From the sequence record OP764672.1: a stretch of DNA of 64,000 nt, one strand, 5' to 3'. The notes under the pieces are model-generated. The model searched no databases, was not told the DNA's origin, and worked only from the letters and a program-made list of their open reading frames with translations. The stretch is from Klebsiella phage VB_KpP_HS106. A program made the translations under genes and the position numbers. Shown in pieces: positions 26,191 to 35,740 of this stretch; positions within the stretch are counted from its first letter, which is position 1; every line of letters begins with the position of its first letter.

Positions 26191-26683
26191 ACTGATCTTC
26201 TGTGATCTGGATGGTGTGCTGAACGGTAACAGTGAGTTCCGAAAGCAGTACATCCCCAAAGATCCCTCAAACCAGCATGATTGGATTGAGTGGCATAAGG
26301 CTTGGGTATTCGAGCCACTGAATCTTCAAGGTATTGATATGGTGAAGTCTCTGCTTACTCAGGATGCTTTCCTGATTAGCTTGTCTAACCGTAGCAAACT
26401 TCTGGATAAAGAAACGAATACTCGTTTCAAAGAAGAGGGTAATCTCACCTTCGATCTGATCCATAACCGGAGTGAAAACCTGGGGGGCAGTGCACCTGAC
26501 TTTAAACTTGAAGCTATGCTGTCCTTAATTCCAATGTTCTGTATGGGTGCCTCGACTACGATGGACAAAGTGGAAATTTTCCTGATTGATGATGACAAAT
26601 CTGTCATCAATAAAATCAGAAAAAATCTGCCCAATGTCACAGCTATCCTGGTTCCCAAGTTTAGTGTAGAAGAACCATGGTAA
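26183..26683 (+). CDS. HAD-superfamily phosphatase
   Basis: Motif I FCDLDGVL and motif IV IDDDKS. Confidence 0.5.
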   Translation: MHRLIFCDLDGVLNGNSEFRKQYIPKDPSNQHDWIEWHKAWVFEPLNLQGIDMVKSLLTQDAFLISLSNRSKLLDKETNTRFKEEGNLTFDLIHNRSENLGGSAPDFKLEAMLSLIPMFCMGASTTMDKVEIFLIDDDKSVINKIRKNLPNVTAILVPKFSVEEPW

Positions 26684-27051
26684 AACTTTCCATTGAACTC
26701 AAGTACCTTAAACCAGAATTAGGGTTATACCTTGAATGCCCTGAGAACATCACATCACTGGCAAGCCAGTTGATTATGGGTGCTCCAGTGGCTGAAAGTG
26801 TGTATCAATGCACTGGTTTCTGGACGTTGCTTAATGGTCAGCTGTACTTTCTAAACCAGAAAGTCACATTGGTACAAGAAGAACCTGATAAGGCTATCTT
26901 TGTTGAGAATCTTAAAGGTATTACTAAAGGTCTTCATGAGATTAACTTTAGTCGTCTACGTCTTCGTAACCATAACCAGAAAGGGTTCATGAAAGCGATC
27001 AACGCCAAATTTGCTAGTTTATGGTCAGATAATTCTGAGCATTCAAAGTAA
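26677..27051 (+). CDS. Hypothetical protein
   Basis: ORF overlapping the upstream stop. Confidence 0.45.
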   Translation: MVKLSIELKYLKPELGLYLECPENITSLASQLIMGAPVAESVYQCTGFWTLLNGQLYFLNQKVTLVQEEPDKAIFVENLKGITKGLHEINFSRLRLRNHNQKGFMKAINAKFASLWSDNSEHSK

Positions 27052-27077
27052 ATTACGTTACAATCCATTTCATGTAA

Positions 27078-27419
27078 GTGAATTGGAGTAGTGTCATGAC
27101 CCCAGACCAGCAACAGAACTTTTATGTTCAGCTACTGGGTGCTCTCCTGATTAGTACTGTCAGTGGTGCAATCTCCGTTGGGAGACGAATCCTACGCTAT
27201 GGTCAGGTAACCTTCGTTGCAGCAGCTACAGAAATGTCAGCAGCTCTACTCGCAGGCTATTTGGCATGGGATGCCTACCCTGTAGTGGCAAGTCAGTTGC
27301 CTACTGGGATTACGCAACCCATATTCACTTCAGCATCTGCCTATCTGGGAATTAAGATCTTCCAGTATGTGGAGAGGCTGTTTGAAGGCAAGACGTCCTA
27401 CACAGGTTCACCTAAGTAA
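27078..27419 (+). CDS. Membrane protein
   Basis: Hydrophobic segments. Confidence 0.45.
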   Translation: MNWSSVMTPDQQQNFYVQLLGALLISTVSGAISVGRRILRYGQVTFVAAATEMSAALLAGYLAWDAYPVVASQLPTGITQPIFTSASAYLGIKIFQYVERLFEGKTSYTGSPK

Positions 27420-27423
27420 CCTC

Positions 27424-27447
27424 AAGCCCTCTTCGGAGGGCTTTTTA
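27424..27447 (+). terminator. Rho-independent terminator aagccctc-ttcg-gagggctt + TTTTT
   Basis: Perfect stem with a T-run. Confidence 0.8.
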
Positions 27448-27460
27448 ATTGGAGGGAATC

Positions 27461-27799
27461 ATGCAAATTACTGCAATGGATCTAACTACTATTGCAGGTA
27501 TTATCATCCTGCTAAATAACAGAGAAGTAGGGGTAGAGGTAGACAATACTTTTACAACGTTCAATGATCAGTTCATTGAAGAAAACAAAAAAGTAGTCAC
27601 ATTCCAAACACCAAGGGATAGTTGGTTTTGTCCTTTTGATCAGGTAATTGAACTAAACGAGCAGGGTGAGGGAATTGTGTCACTTACTGAAGGGGATGCC
27701 TGGGACACTTATGGTGACGTTGAGTTATCTATTAAAGTTGAAGTATTAGTCCCTTTAACTGCTGAAATTTTACTCAAAAAGAGGATAGGAATTTTATGA
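27461..27799 (+). CDS. Hypothetical protein
   Basis: ATG preceded by a GGAGGG RBS. Confidence 0.5.
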   Translation: MQITAMDLTTIAGIIILLNNREVGVEVDNTFTTFNDQFIEENKKVVTFQTPRDSWFCPFDQVIELNEQGEGIVSLTEGDAWDTYGDVELSIKVEVLVPLTAEILLKKRIGIL

Positions 27800-27912
27800 G
27801 CTTTCGCGGAAAAGTCTGGAGTATCATAGCAATCTTGCTGATTGCTTTCTGGTGGTTGGCTTATCAAGCCTACGATCTTGTTCTGACTCTGTTAACACTG
27901 GTGCTGAAATGA
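27796..27912 (+). CDS. Tiny (38 aa) membrane protein, ATGA-coupled both upstream and downstream
   Basis: ORF MSFRGKVWSIIAILLIAFWWLAYQAYDLVLTLLTLVLK. Confidence 0.4.
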   Translation: MSFRGKVWSIIAILLIAFWWLAYQAYDLVLTLLTLVLK

Positions 27913-28715
27913 AACCATGGCTTAAGTGGGCAGGTGGTAAGTATCGCCAGCTTCCCCAAATCCAACCATTCTTAGTTGGTAATCGTCTCATTGAACCTTT
28001 TGTGGGTGCAGGATCAGTATTTATGAATGCTGGTTTCGATAAGGTGGCTATCAATGATGTAAATCCTGATTTATGCCAGCTCTACTTAGCCCTCATCCAT
28101 AATGGTGATTATGTGTTGAACCAGGCAAAGAAACTGCATGAATGGTGTAACTCAGAAGCTCGCTACAATCAGCTCAGAGCTAACTTTAACAGTGGCAAGT
28201 TCAATTCCCTGTCTAAAGCTGTGTTCTTCCTGGTGCTCAATCGTACTGGCTTTAATGGCCTATGTCGTTACAACAAGAAAAAGGAATTCAATGTTCCTTG
28301 GGGCCAGAAAGAACAACCTTACTTCCCTGAACAGGAACTCAGAGATTTCATCAATTCTGGTTTGAAACCAACAGTAGCAAACACAGACTTCATGTTATTT
28401 ATGAACACTGCTCAAGAAGGTAATGTTGTATTTTGTGATCCACCTTATGAGCCAATGCCTAAACATCAGGGGTTCACAAGCTATAGTGGCACCAGCTTCA
28501 AGTGGGGAGATCAGAAACGTCTGGTAGGTAAAGCTCTTGAGCTTAAAGCCAGAGGTGTAAGAGTGGTCATTACGAATAGCAGTGCTCCACGCTTAGTTGA
28601 TCTCTACACCAAAGCTGGTTTTGACATTCACCCATTAACTGCAACTCGTAGTATCTCAGCTAAGGCTGAATCACGAGAAGTGGTAAAAGATATCATTGCT
28701 GTTCTGAAACCATGA
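27909..28715 (+). CDS. dam: Dam-type DNA N6-adenine methyltransferase
   Basis: KWAGGK and DPPY motifs. Confidence 0.85.
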   Translation: MKPWLKWAGGKYRQLPQIQPFLVGNRLIEPFVGAGSVFMNAGFDKVAINDVNPDLCQLYLALIHNGDYVLNQAKKLHEWCNSEARYNQLRANFNSGKFNSLSKAVFFLVLNRTGFNGLCRYNKKKEFNVPWGQKEQPYFPEQELRDFINSGLKPTVANTDFMLFMNTAQEGNVVFCDPPYEPMPKHQGFTSYSGTSFKWGDQKRLVGKALELKARGVRVVITNSSAPRLVDLYTKAGFDIHPLTATRSISAKAESREVVKDIIAVLKP

Positions 28716-28942
28716 TTATCAGTTCAACCTTTAACATCTGTCCAATATGTGGGATCGAACGTAGTAAACGTGTGCATTCTAAATGCTCTAAGATCCTCCA
28801 GAAACGTGCTCAGAACCCTGCTGTACAGGCTGAGTACGCAACCATTCGTAGAAATGCCCGAGGCTATGACAGAAATGAGGTAGTGCATACTAACCGCATT
28901 AGTCGTATCAGGGCTGCAACTCACAGGATTGCCTCTCTATGA
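28712..28942 (+). CDS. Small Cys-rich protein
   Basis: CPICG...HSKC motif. Confidence 0.4.
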   Translation: MIISSTFNICPICGIERSKRVHSKCSKILQKRAQNPAVQAEYATIRRNARGYDRNEVVHTNRISRIRAATHRIASL

Positions 28943-29130
28943 AACCAGAAACCATTAAGGCTGTAGTAACATTTGTCTTTCGTGACAAATCTTCAATGAG
29001 GATAGGGACTGACTCTATTAAGGAAAGTGCTCATGCTTACCATATTGGTAATCTGGTCTTCCCTTTTAAGTTTATCTACGATGCAACATTGCAGGATCCT
29101 GATAATGTCTTAGGGCTTACAGGGCAATAA
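28939..29130 (+). CDS. Hypothetical small protein
   Basis: ATGA-coupled to the upstream gene. Confidence 0.35.
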   Translation: MKPETIKAVVTFVFRDKSSMRIGTDSIKESAHAYHIGNLVFPFKFIYDATLQDPDNVLGLTGQ

Positions 29131-29152
29131 AAAAGCCCCCAACTGGGGGCTT
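29126..29152 (-). terminator. Terminator for the minus-strand module: agccccc-aact-gggggct with a T-run on the minus strand
   Basis: A-run on the + side of the stem. Confidence 0.65.
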
Positions 29153-29169
29153 ATTCATGCTGGTAGCTA

Positions 29170-29613
29170 TTAACCACCAGCTTCAGTGACAGTCACTACA
29201 CAGGTAGTGGACTGAATCTCTTTACCAGCTGCGTCATAGACTTCAGCATGGTAAGAACCAGCCATATCCAGGGTAGCTGCACCGAGGTTAAGGGTAGAAC
29301 TACCCAGGGTCTGGATAGCAGAGCCACCTTTAAACCAGGTAACACTGTACGGTGCAACACCACCAGCAGGAACTACTTTCAGTTCCAGTGCAGCGCCTTC
29401 AGTAACAGTTTTGGTAGCAGTCAGATCAGTAGTCAGACTCAGAGCTGCTGGCTTAGTGTAAGCAGCACCAGTGATATCTTTAGATTGAGCAGCGGCTACA
29501 TCAGCAGGCACTTTAGCCATACCACCCATTTTCAGGGGGATAAAATCATAGCCTTGTGCCAGCACATCATCGGTAGTGACAACACCAGCACCGATAGAGG
29601 GGACTTTAGACAT
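29170..29613 (-). CDS. Ig-like (Big_2-like) domain protein
   Basis: Beta-rich pattern TVTEGAALELKV...YSVTWFKGG...AGSYHAEV. Confidence 0.5.
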   Translation of the reverse strand: MSKVPSIGAGVVTTDDVLAQGYDFIPLKMGGMAKVPADVAAAQSKDITGAAYTKPAALSLTTDLTATKTVTEGAALELKVVPAGGVAPYSVTWFKGGSAIQTLGSSTLNLGAATLDMAGSYHAEVYDAAGKEIQSTTCVVTVTEAGG

Positions 29614-29664
29614 AGGTGTTTCCTCTTCATGAAAAGTCTAGTTAATGTACATCATTCTACTGGT

Positions 29665-29940
29665 TTATACGAAATAAACCAACTTAGTATTACTTGCCTG
29701 ATTGGATGGAGTCGTAGGCTTTTTCACAGGTGAATCCAGCACTACTGGCTTGGTCGGCGTATTCAGCCAACTGTCTGTTTCGTTCGAGAGATTTTTCGAG
29801 CACGTTGGCAAGCAGATCGAGGGCTTCTCTGGCTGTCTTGCCTCTTTGGGTAGTGCCGGAATCTTCGGAGCTGGTGTCGGCAAGTAAACGGTTGATCCGT
29901 TGCTGCAACCTACCAATAGAAGCATTGGCACTATCAGCAT
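29665..29940 (-). CDS. o-spanin (Rz1-like lipoprotein), overlapping the i-spanin in a different frame
   Basis: MLIVPMLLLVGC lipobox, Pro-rich. Extends 25 nt past the Rz stop. Confidence 0.55.
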   Translation of the reverse strand: MLIVPMLLLVGCSNGSTVYLPTPAPKIPALPKEARQPEKPSICLPTCSKNLSNETDSWLNTPTKPVVLDSPVKKPTTPSNQASNTKLVYFV

Positions 29941-30199
29941 CAGAGCGAGCTTGTGCGAGGTCTTTAGCCCCTTGCTGTGCGATTGCATCAACATTGTTTT
30001 GGTACTCCCATTCTTTGACTCTGGCCTCCTGAGTAGCTTTGGCAGAAGCATCACTATACTCCTGCTTCAAACCAGAATACTTAGCAGACCAGTGGTTATC
30101 AGTTACAACATAGGTTAAGTAACAAGCCCCGGCAAGTAAAGCCAGGGCCAGAACAGAACCTAACAAAACAGCATACTGTTTAATTAGATCCTTTATCAT
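29690..30199 (-). CDS. i-spanin (Rz-like)
   Basis: N-terminal TM with a periplasmic coiled coil. AGGAGA RBS. Confidence 0.65.
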   Translation of the reverse strand: MIKDLIKQYAVLLGSVLALALLAGACYLTYVVTDNHWSAKYSGLKQEYSDASAKATQEARVKEWEYQNNVDAIAQQGAKDLAQARSDADSANASIGRLQQRINRLLADTSSEDSGTTQRGKTAREALDLLANVLEKSLERNRQLAEYADQASSAGFTCEKAYDSIQSGK

Positions 30200-30401
30200 T
30201 AGGCTTCTCCTGAGAAACCAGACGAGCAACTATAGCTGAGATCCCCAGGAAAGTTGTCAGTCCAGCAAGAGCATGTGGAGGCAGTGAATCTTTGAACTCC
30301 TGTGGGAAGTATCCCCAGATTTCAGGAAGTGCAACGATCACTACCATAATATGAATAGAATACCACTTCCATGCTGACTTCCAGTTTTCTACAAGTTTCA
30401 T
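30180..30401 (-). CDS. Holin-like small membrane protein
   Basis: Two hydrophobic segments. ATGA-coupled to the endolysin gene. Confidence 0.45.
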   Translation of the reverse strand: MKLVENWKSAWKWYSIHIMVVIVALPEIWGYFPQEFKDSLPPHALAGLTTFLGISAIVARLVSQEKPNDKGSN

Positions 30402-30871
30402 GCTACTTTGCCTCCGAATTTTTTAAAGACTGAAACCAGAGTAGACATCTTGTGTTCAAACTGTCCATACCCAGCTCCTGGTAAGGATGCCCAACGAGAT
30501 CGACACTTGTTAATAGCAACTTCGATACGACCAGCTTCGATATCTTCAAGTGCTTTACACTCTTTGATTAGCTGGATAGCAATTTTGTCCTGATCTTCAG
30601 GCCAGAAGCCTTTAAGCCCCAGAATCTTTTTATAAGCCACGGCATACTTATAAAGGATCTGATAACGCCCGGCAGCAGTGGACTTCAAACCTTTGTTATT
30701 TACAGTGACTAGCACATTAGGATGCTTACTGTAATCGGTAAAGATTTTAGGTTCACCCCCAATACCATTAACAATTACATCATAACCATTGTTCTTGGTG
30801 TACTTACTCGTACTGGTTCCTTCAGATACTGAAAGCATCCCTAAGAATGCTGATACTTGCTTACTAATCAT
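30398..30871 (-). CDS. Endolysin, lambda R-like lytic transglycosylase
   Basis: Near-colinear match to lambda R (FLGMLSVSEGT...GYDVIV...TAAGRYQ...WASLPGAGYGQFEHK). Confidence 0.85.
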   Translation of the reverse strand: MISKQVSAFLGMLSVSEGTSTSKYTKNNGYDVIVNGIGGEPKIFTDYSKHPNVLVTVNNKGLKSTAAGRYQILYKYAVAYKKILGLKGFWPEDQDKIAIQLIKECKALEDIEAGRIEVAINKCRSRWASLPGAGYGQFEHKMSTLVSVFKKFGGKVA

Positions 30872-30885
30872 ATAAGTATTCCTCA

Positions 30886-30908
30886 TTAAAAAGCCCCCGA
30901 AGGGGCTT
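30886..30908 (-). terminator. Hairpin aagcccc-cgaa-ggggctt with a T-run on the minus strand, between the tailspike and endolysin genes
   Basis: Perfect stem. The minus-strand sequence reads CTTTTTAATG. Confidence 0.5.
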
Positions 30909-30913
30909 ATAAG

Positions 30914-31066
30914 TTAAGTAGAAGGTTCAATTAGAGTTTCTTCAGAAGCCTTCCAACCTAGGGCATAAAGAGCATACTGTTGATCCTCATCAACTTCTAC
31001 ATATTCTGCTTCGCTACCGTCTTCATTGGTAGCAACCCCTTGCATATATAATTTAATCTTAGCCAT
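30914..31066 (-). CDS. Possible small acidic protein (50 aa) between the tailspike and endolysin genes
   Basis: ATG with AAGGT RBS 8 nt after the tailspike stop. Confidence 0.3.
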   Translation of the reverse strand: MAKIKLYMQGVATNEDGSEAEYVEVDEDQQYALYALGWKASEETLIEPST

Positions 31067-31074
31067 GATATACC

Positions 31075-32982
31075 TTATGCAGCATCTGCAATGATAGTAG
31101 TGGTTTTAGCAGGGAAAGTTACAGAAGCATTTATAGCTTGAGTTTTCTTAGCCCAGGCAGCCCCAGTATACCCATCCATGTACAAGTTACCATTTAAAGT
31201 AGGTGCATAGGCTGCTCCAGGCCCATCTATAGAGACATTTCCCCAGTAGAGGTTAGTGGCCCCTGTCCCAATAATAGAGATAGGAGCTGCGGTTCCTTGT
31301 TTATTTTTCAAGGAAACTTTACCTAGTCGAGGGGCAATATCCGACTGAACCAGAATAGCAGTACCAAATACCCTTTCAATGCTTATCTCATCTACTTGAG
31401 CTGCTGCACTGAATCTAACAATGGTATTAGTTACCGCAGAAGTTGTAGCTATTAAAGATAGCTTACGAACTTTACATGCTCTTGCAAACTCAACAGATAC
31501 CCCACCTTGCTGGTTATTCATCTGGGCAATGTATATCTCACCAATGGTAATTCCAGCGGTGTTTAGATAAACATCGTTATTGAGGGTACTTGCCCCATGC
31601 AAGTAGATACCCTCAATATCCACACGCTCAATAGCACTATTCGAAGAATCTGTAGCACTAATAAGCCCAGCACCAGCAACAGCCATTTTACTTCTGGCAC
31701 TAAATTTACCCATTTGAATATCAGAACACCCTGCATTTAAACCAATGCCGGAGTAAATATCTTTAGCTTTAATATTCCCTATCTGGCCATTGGTGACATT
31801 TAACCATAGCATTCCACCAGATAAATTTGCATTAAAGTTATCGGTCCAATGGCTACCTAGACTAATAACGCCTCCAATTGACACATTAGAAGCATTTATA
31901 CTAAGACCACCTGCGCCAACATAGTTACCAACAACATTAAGTATAGTAACATTACTGGCCGGGACTCCATCAGCACCTGCTGAAATAGCAACACCACGGG
32001 GTTCCCCAGGTTTACCTTCTGCTTTCTTACTAATCTCATCCGCATTGGTTGCTTGAATACAACCTACGTAATTGTAAGTTAAACCATCAATATAAACATT
32101 AGACCCTTTGCTTATAATCGCATCACCAGAACACCAATCCACAGACGTATTCAACATAGTATTATAACCAGTCAAACCATCCTTGGGGTCAGAATAACAA
32201 GAAATAACAGAATCTCGTATTTGACTACCTCCTGTAGTTCCATAGGCTAAAGCTCTGCCATACATACGCATTACTTTACCCAAATTTTCACCCTTAATAT
32301 TGAATGCAAAACCATATGCATAGCTAAGAGCCATTGCAGATACTACCTGATTCCATACAGAATCTCTGTTAGCAAAACCGATTACAGTGAAGTCGTAAAA
32401 ATTATATCCATATTTGATGATTTGAGTAGTGGTAACATTTAGGCCGGTGTACTGAACAAAAGGTTCATAAGCGCCATTGGTAATAAAGGTACAGCCATTA
32501 CCCTTGATTTTTCTACGTTCACCATTAACGTAACCAGAAACATAAGGCAATTTTACCTGTGAACTATTAATTACATATTTACCAGAGGATTCAAATACTA
32601 AGTCTAATCCCAGGTACTTAGTAGCATCAGCTGCTCGTTGAATAGCAGCAGTGTCATCAGTAACACCATCACCCACAGCACCATAGTTTTTTACATAAAT
32701 AGCCTCAGTAGTTTTTACAGGATATAAAGTGAAGCTTCCTGCTGTAGTGGTCAGAATTAGGGAATCATTCTGAATCTCCCAAGTTACAGGAGTCCCTGTG
32801 GCATTCTGAGTTAACCAACTGGTTTGAGTTAAAGGTTCATAGAGAACCACAGAATCAGTCACAGGTGTAGAAGTACTTAAGTAGCTAACTTGTGATTTTT
32901 TAATTCCGTAAAGTCGAGCTATAGCATCTTTATTGGTTTGTTTAGCCACTGGTCCAGTGGGTTGTGTAAACATCTTATTCAT
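31075..32982 (-). CDS. Tailspike/tail fibre with pectate-lyase-fold (right-handed beta-helix) depolymerase domain
   Basis: Motif YVKNYGAVGDGVTDDTAAIQRAADA and repeated G/N-rich beta-helix strands. Confidence 0.7.
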   Translation of the reverse strand: MNKMFTQPTGPVAKQTNKDAIARLYGIKKSQVSYLSTSTPVTDSVVLYEPLTQTSWLTQNATGTPVTWEIQNDSLILTTTAGSFTLYPVKTTEAIYVKNYGAVGDGVTDDTAAIQRAADATKYLGLDLVFESSGKYVINSSQVKLPYVSGYVNGERRKIKGNGCTFITNGAYEPFVQYTGLNVTTTQIIKYGYNFYDFTVIGFANRDSVWNQVVSAMALSYAYGFAFNIKGENLGKVMRMYGRALAYGTTGGSQIRDSVISCYSDPKDGLTGYNTMLNTSVDWCSGDAIISKGSNVYIDGLTYNYVGCIQATNADEISKKAEGKPGEPRGVAISAGADGVPASNVTILNVVGNYVGAGGLSINASNVSIGGVISLGSHWTDNFNANLSGGMLWLNVTNGQIGNIKAKDIYSGIGLNAGCSDIQMGKFSARSKMAVAGAGLISATDSSNSAIERVDIEGIYLHGASTLNNDVYLNTAGITIGEIYIAQMNNQQGGVSVEFARACKVRKLSLIATTSAVTNTIVRFSAAAQVDEISIERVFGTAILVQSDIAPRLGKVSLKNKQGTAAPISIIGTGATNLYWGNVSIDGPGAAYAPTLNGNLYMDGYTGAAWAKKTQAINASVTFPAKTTTIIADAA

Positions 32983-33001
32983 GGGTTAATCCTCATGTTG
33001 T

Positions 33002-33031
33002 AGTTTTAAAACTCCCCACCGAAGTGGGGAG
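33002..33031 (-). terminator. Minus-strand terminator ctcccca-ccgaag-tggggag with TTTTAAAA
   Basis: 7-bp stem with a T-run on the minus strand. Confidence 0.5.
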
Positions 33032-33058
33032 GTAAAAGCTGGTTCAGTAATACGCATA

Positions 33059-35731
33059 TCAAATGCACATACTGAGAGACATAATTAATCCCCCAACTCT
33101 AAGCTGTGATGGTGAGACGTTCCATGCAGTTCCGTTTGCAATATCAACAAATTTGAAGGTTATCAACCCGTTAGTCACTGATGAGATTGATAGTCCTGAC
33201 AGATTGCGCGGAACGCTTACTGTACCTACCTGAGAAGCCCCATTCATAACATTTAAGGTATCTACTGCCGCCGGGGGTCGGGACACCCCGCCCCATGTTG
33301 TTATGTTGTGAACCGGCATTGTCGAACTCTGAGTAAGAACATGCGTTGGAATATTTACGAATTTCATATTAAAGCTGGTGGCTGAAGTATCAACTGCGGA
33401 AAACACAACATTAAGATACACATCCAGAGATTGACCTCGCCTTACATATTTTACAGTTCCACTGTGGGATGTCACACCATTGAAAACAACATGTGTTGCT
33501 GCATCTGTAGACCACGTATCAATGTACTGGTGCAGGTATGCCCCGGAGAGGTTGTCTATATAGTTCTGAAAGAAATCCTGTTTTTTGTTAGCATAAGTTA
33601 TTGCATTTGTATCATCAAAAATCGCTCCGTCATGACAGGTCAGATATCCTATCTTATGCTGGTTTCTTCCATCCTTATAGTGTGCAATTCTGCATTTTTT
33701 AACTTTTTGGGCGTCTTTATAGAGTAGAAACATGTAGTTAGAGATCATGCTTTCATATCCGACAAAGATGGTGCCATATCCCATATAAATATCATTTGTG
33801 TCATCAAACACTGCTGCTACATCATACCCCGTTGTTTCAGGAGTATCACAGTAATAGTATCCAACATAAGATGATGTGCCCATAAACAGCCCAGCCAGCA
33901 TAGTCCCCCAGCGGTAGCCATCAGCATTAGGGTCTGTAGAAATTAGAGCCGGTAATCCCCAGCAGTGGATTGTTCCAAAGTAACTAAAGTCACCAGTCCA
34001 GGCACCTCTCGCGTATTTTATGCATTTTAACTTGTCAATTTTTGTATCTGCACCAGCATTGTAAAAACCATATGCCTTAGAGTATTTGTCGTCATTACTT
34101 GGTCTAGCTCTCACGTAGCACTCGACCATATCTCCACGCATTGCCCCTTTTTCTTTTGCAATGTATACCCCACCATACTGAAAACCAGCAGTGTATATAT
34201 AGCCATGTGTAATATATTCCATTACACACAAGCCTTTACCATCAAATGGTGAAGTGCGAGGAGCACCGCGCATCAAATCATCAAGGCTTGTAGACAACTT
34301 TAAATTTTTTATATTGGTGTAAGCATCCGTAGTAGTACCTCGATATGCCCCCTGCACCCAAGCGTACCCACCATAAGTTGTCTCAAGATTTGTTGCATCT
34401 GTCATGACAACATAACCAGAAAAATCAATAATTATTCCGGTTGGAGCTATAACTGACTGCCCAACAAGGGTAACTCCTGATTGTGTCAGTAGCACACGGT
34501 GAGTAGCAGAGTAATTTAAGGCATTCATTAACTGTTCATGACACTCTGTGGAACCAGTAGGGTCACAACCAAACATTGTTACGTCAACTCTATTATCTGG
34601 TAAGACTCTTCGCCAAAACCAGTTGCTATTTACTATGCAGTTAATACCGCCATCTTCAACCGCTGATCCTTTAACCGCCTCGTAGAAACCGAAACCAAAA
34701 TTAGCACCAGAATTGAAACTTGACAGTGTGATTATTTCACCAGCAAATTTTGGAGTGACTGTCTTTAAGTTAGCGTAAGAGTCGACAATTCTCGTTGTCG
34801 AAGTTAACTTCCAAGCAAACTCAGAAATTCCACCAGTTGAATCTGGTGTAGATCCCTCTGGTATAACTTTCGGTAGCTCTCCCCCCCACAAATAGCATTG
34901 TCCACCAGCAACATGCCAAACCACATCTTTACTTGTGTTAACGGTAGCCCCTTCCTCGAAGCTACCATCAACCAGATTAAGCCCAGCGTCTGCGATATGG
35001 CGTTTCCACTGCTCACGGGTATTGACAGTATTATTAGATAAAGCCTCTTCCACAGTGATGCCCGCCAGGGTGCCTACATTATTAGCCCCAGCATTAGAAG
35101 CTAGAATTAAAGGAAATGATGTGGGATCATCACTACTATAAACATCACAGATAGCAGTAACAAGAATAAACCCTTCTTCAGCCTCGGCAATAGCATCAGC
35201 GGTGATCCCCTCAGCCAGTGTAATGGTTCTAGTGACTTTATCAAAAGTAAAACCATACCCTACATCCTGCCGTGCAGAAGCAACGTAGATAGATCGCACA
35301 TTAAACACAGTCTCAGTCTCAGTCAAAACCAGAGTATTAGTAGGAGTACTAACCTCAAAATAAACTGGTTTAGTCTGTAATGCTGAGATTTGTTCCTCAA
35401 GAAGATCCTGAGCCTGTTCAAGCCGTTCTGCTGTTTCTTCAAGTACAACCGCAGTATTTGTTACAGAGGATGCAGCTTGAGTTGCTGTACCCGCAGCCGT
35501 CTCAGCATTCGTCTGGCTCTGTGCTGCCGCACTCGCAGACTCTACTGCTTTGGCTGCTTCCTTAGCAGCATCAGCAGCACTCTGAGCAGCATTATTTTCA
35601 TATTGCTCCAGATTCTCTTTTTCGAAAGCAAGTGCATCATTTACTGCTTGCTGGATCTCGTTATGAGATGTGCAGGAATTGCAGCTATTGTGCTTATGCC
35701 CACCACATCCACATCCATTATAATGACTCAT
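33059..35731 (-). CDS. Large tail fibre protein (890 aa) with N-terminal Cys/His cluster and coiled-coil shaft
   Basis: N-terminus MSHYNGCGCGGHKHNSCNSCTSH, Ala/Gln-rich coiled region, beta-rich C-terminus. Confidence 0.5.
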   Translation of the reverse strand: MSHYNGCGCGGHKHNSCNSCTSHNEIQQAVNDALAFEKENLEQYENNAAQSAADAAKEAAKAVESASAAAQSQTNAETAAGTATQAASSVTNTAVVLEETAERLEQAQDLLEEQISALQTKPVYFEVSTPTNTLVLTETETVFNVRSIYVASARQDVGYGFTFDKVTRTITLAEGITADAIAEAEEGFILVTAICDVYSSDDPTSFPLILASNAGANNVGTLAGITVEEALSNNTVNTREQWKRHIADAGLNLVDGSFEEGATVNTSKDVVWHVAGGQCYLWGGELPKVIPEGSTPDSTGGISEFAWKLTSTTRIVDSYANLKTVTPKFAGEIITLSSFNSGANFGFGFYEAVKGSAVEDGGINCIVNSNWFWRRVLPDNRVDVTMFGCDPTGSTECHEQLMNALNYSATHRVLLTQSGVTLVGQSVIAPTGIIIDFSGYVVMTDATNLETTYGGYAWVQGAYRGTTTDAYTNIKNLKLSTSLDDLMRGAPRTSPFDGKGLCVMEYITHGYIYTAGFQYGGVYIAKEKGAMRGDMVECYVRARPSNDDKYSKAYGFYNAGADTKIDKLKCIKYARGAWTGDFSYFGTIHCWGLPALISTDPNADGYRWGTMLAGLFMGTSSYVGYYYCDTPETTGYDVAAVFDDTNDIYMGYGTIFVGYESMISNYMFLLYKDAQKVKKCRIAHYKDGRNQHKIGYLTCHDGAIFDDTNAITYANKKQDFFQNYIDNLSGAYLHQYIDTWSTDAATHVVFNGVTSHSGTVKYVRRGQSLDVYLNVVFSAVDTSATSFNMKFVNIPTHVLTQSSTMPVHNITTWGGVSRPPAAVDTLNVMNGASQVGTVSVPRNLSGLSISSVTNGLITFKFVDIANGTAWNVSPSQLRVGGLIMSLSMCI

Positions 35732-35740
35732 ATAATCACC

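Noticed and set aside
27852-27908. GTG-initiated extension of the Dam methylase ORF
   Set aside because: The conserved Dam N-terminus (MKPWLKWAGGK) begins at the ATG at 27909. The extension overlaps the 38-aa ORF frame region.
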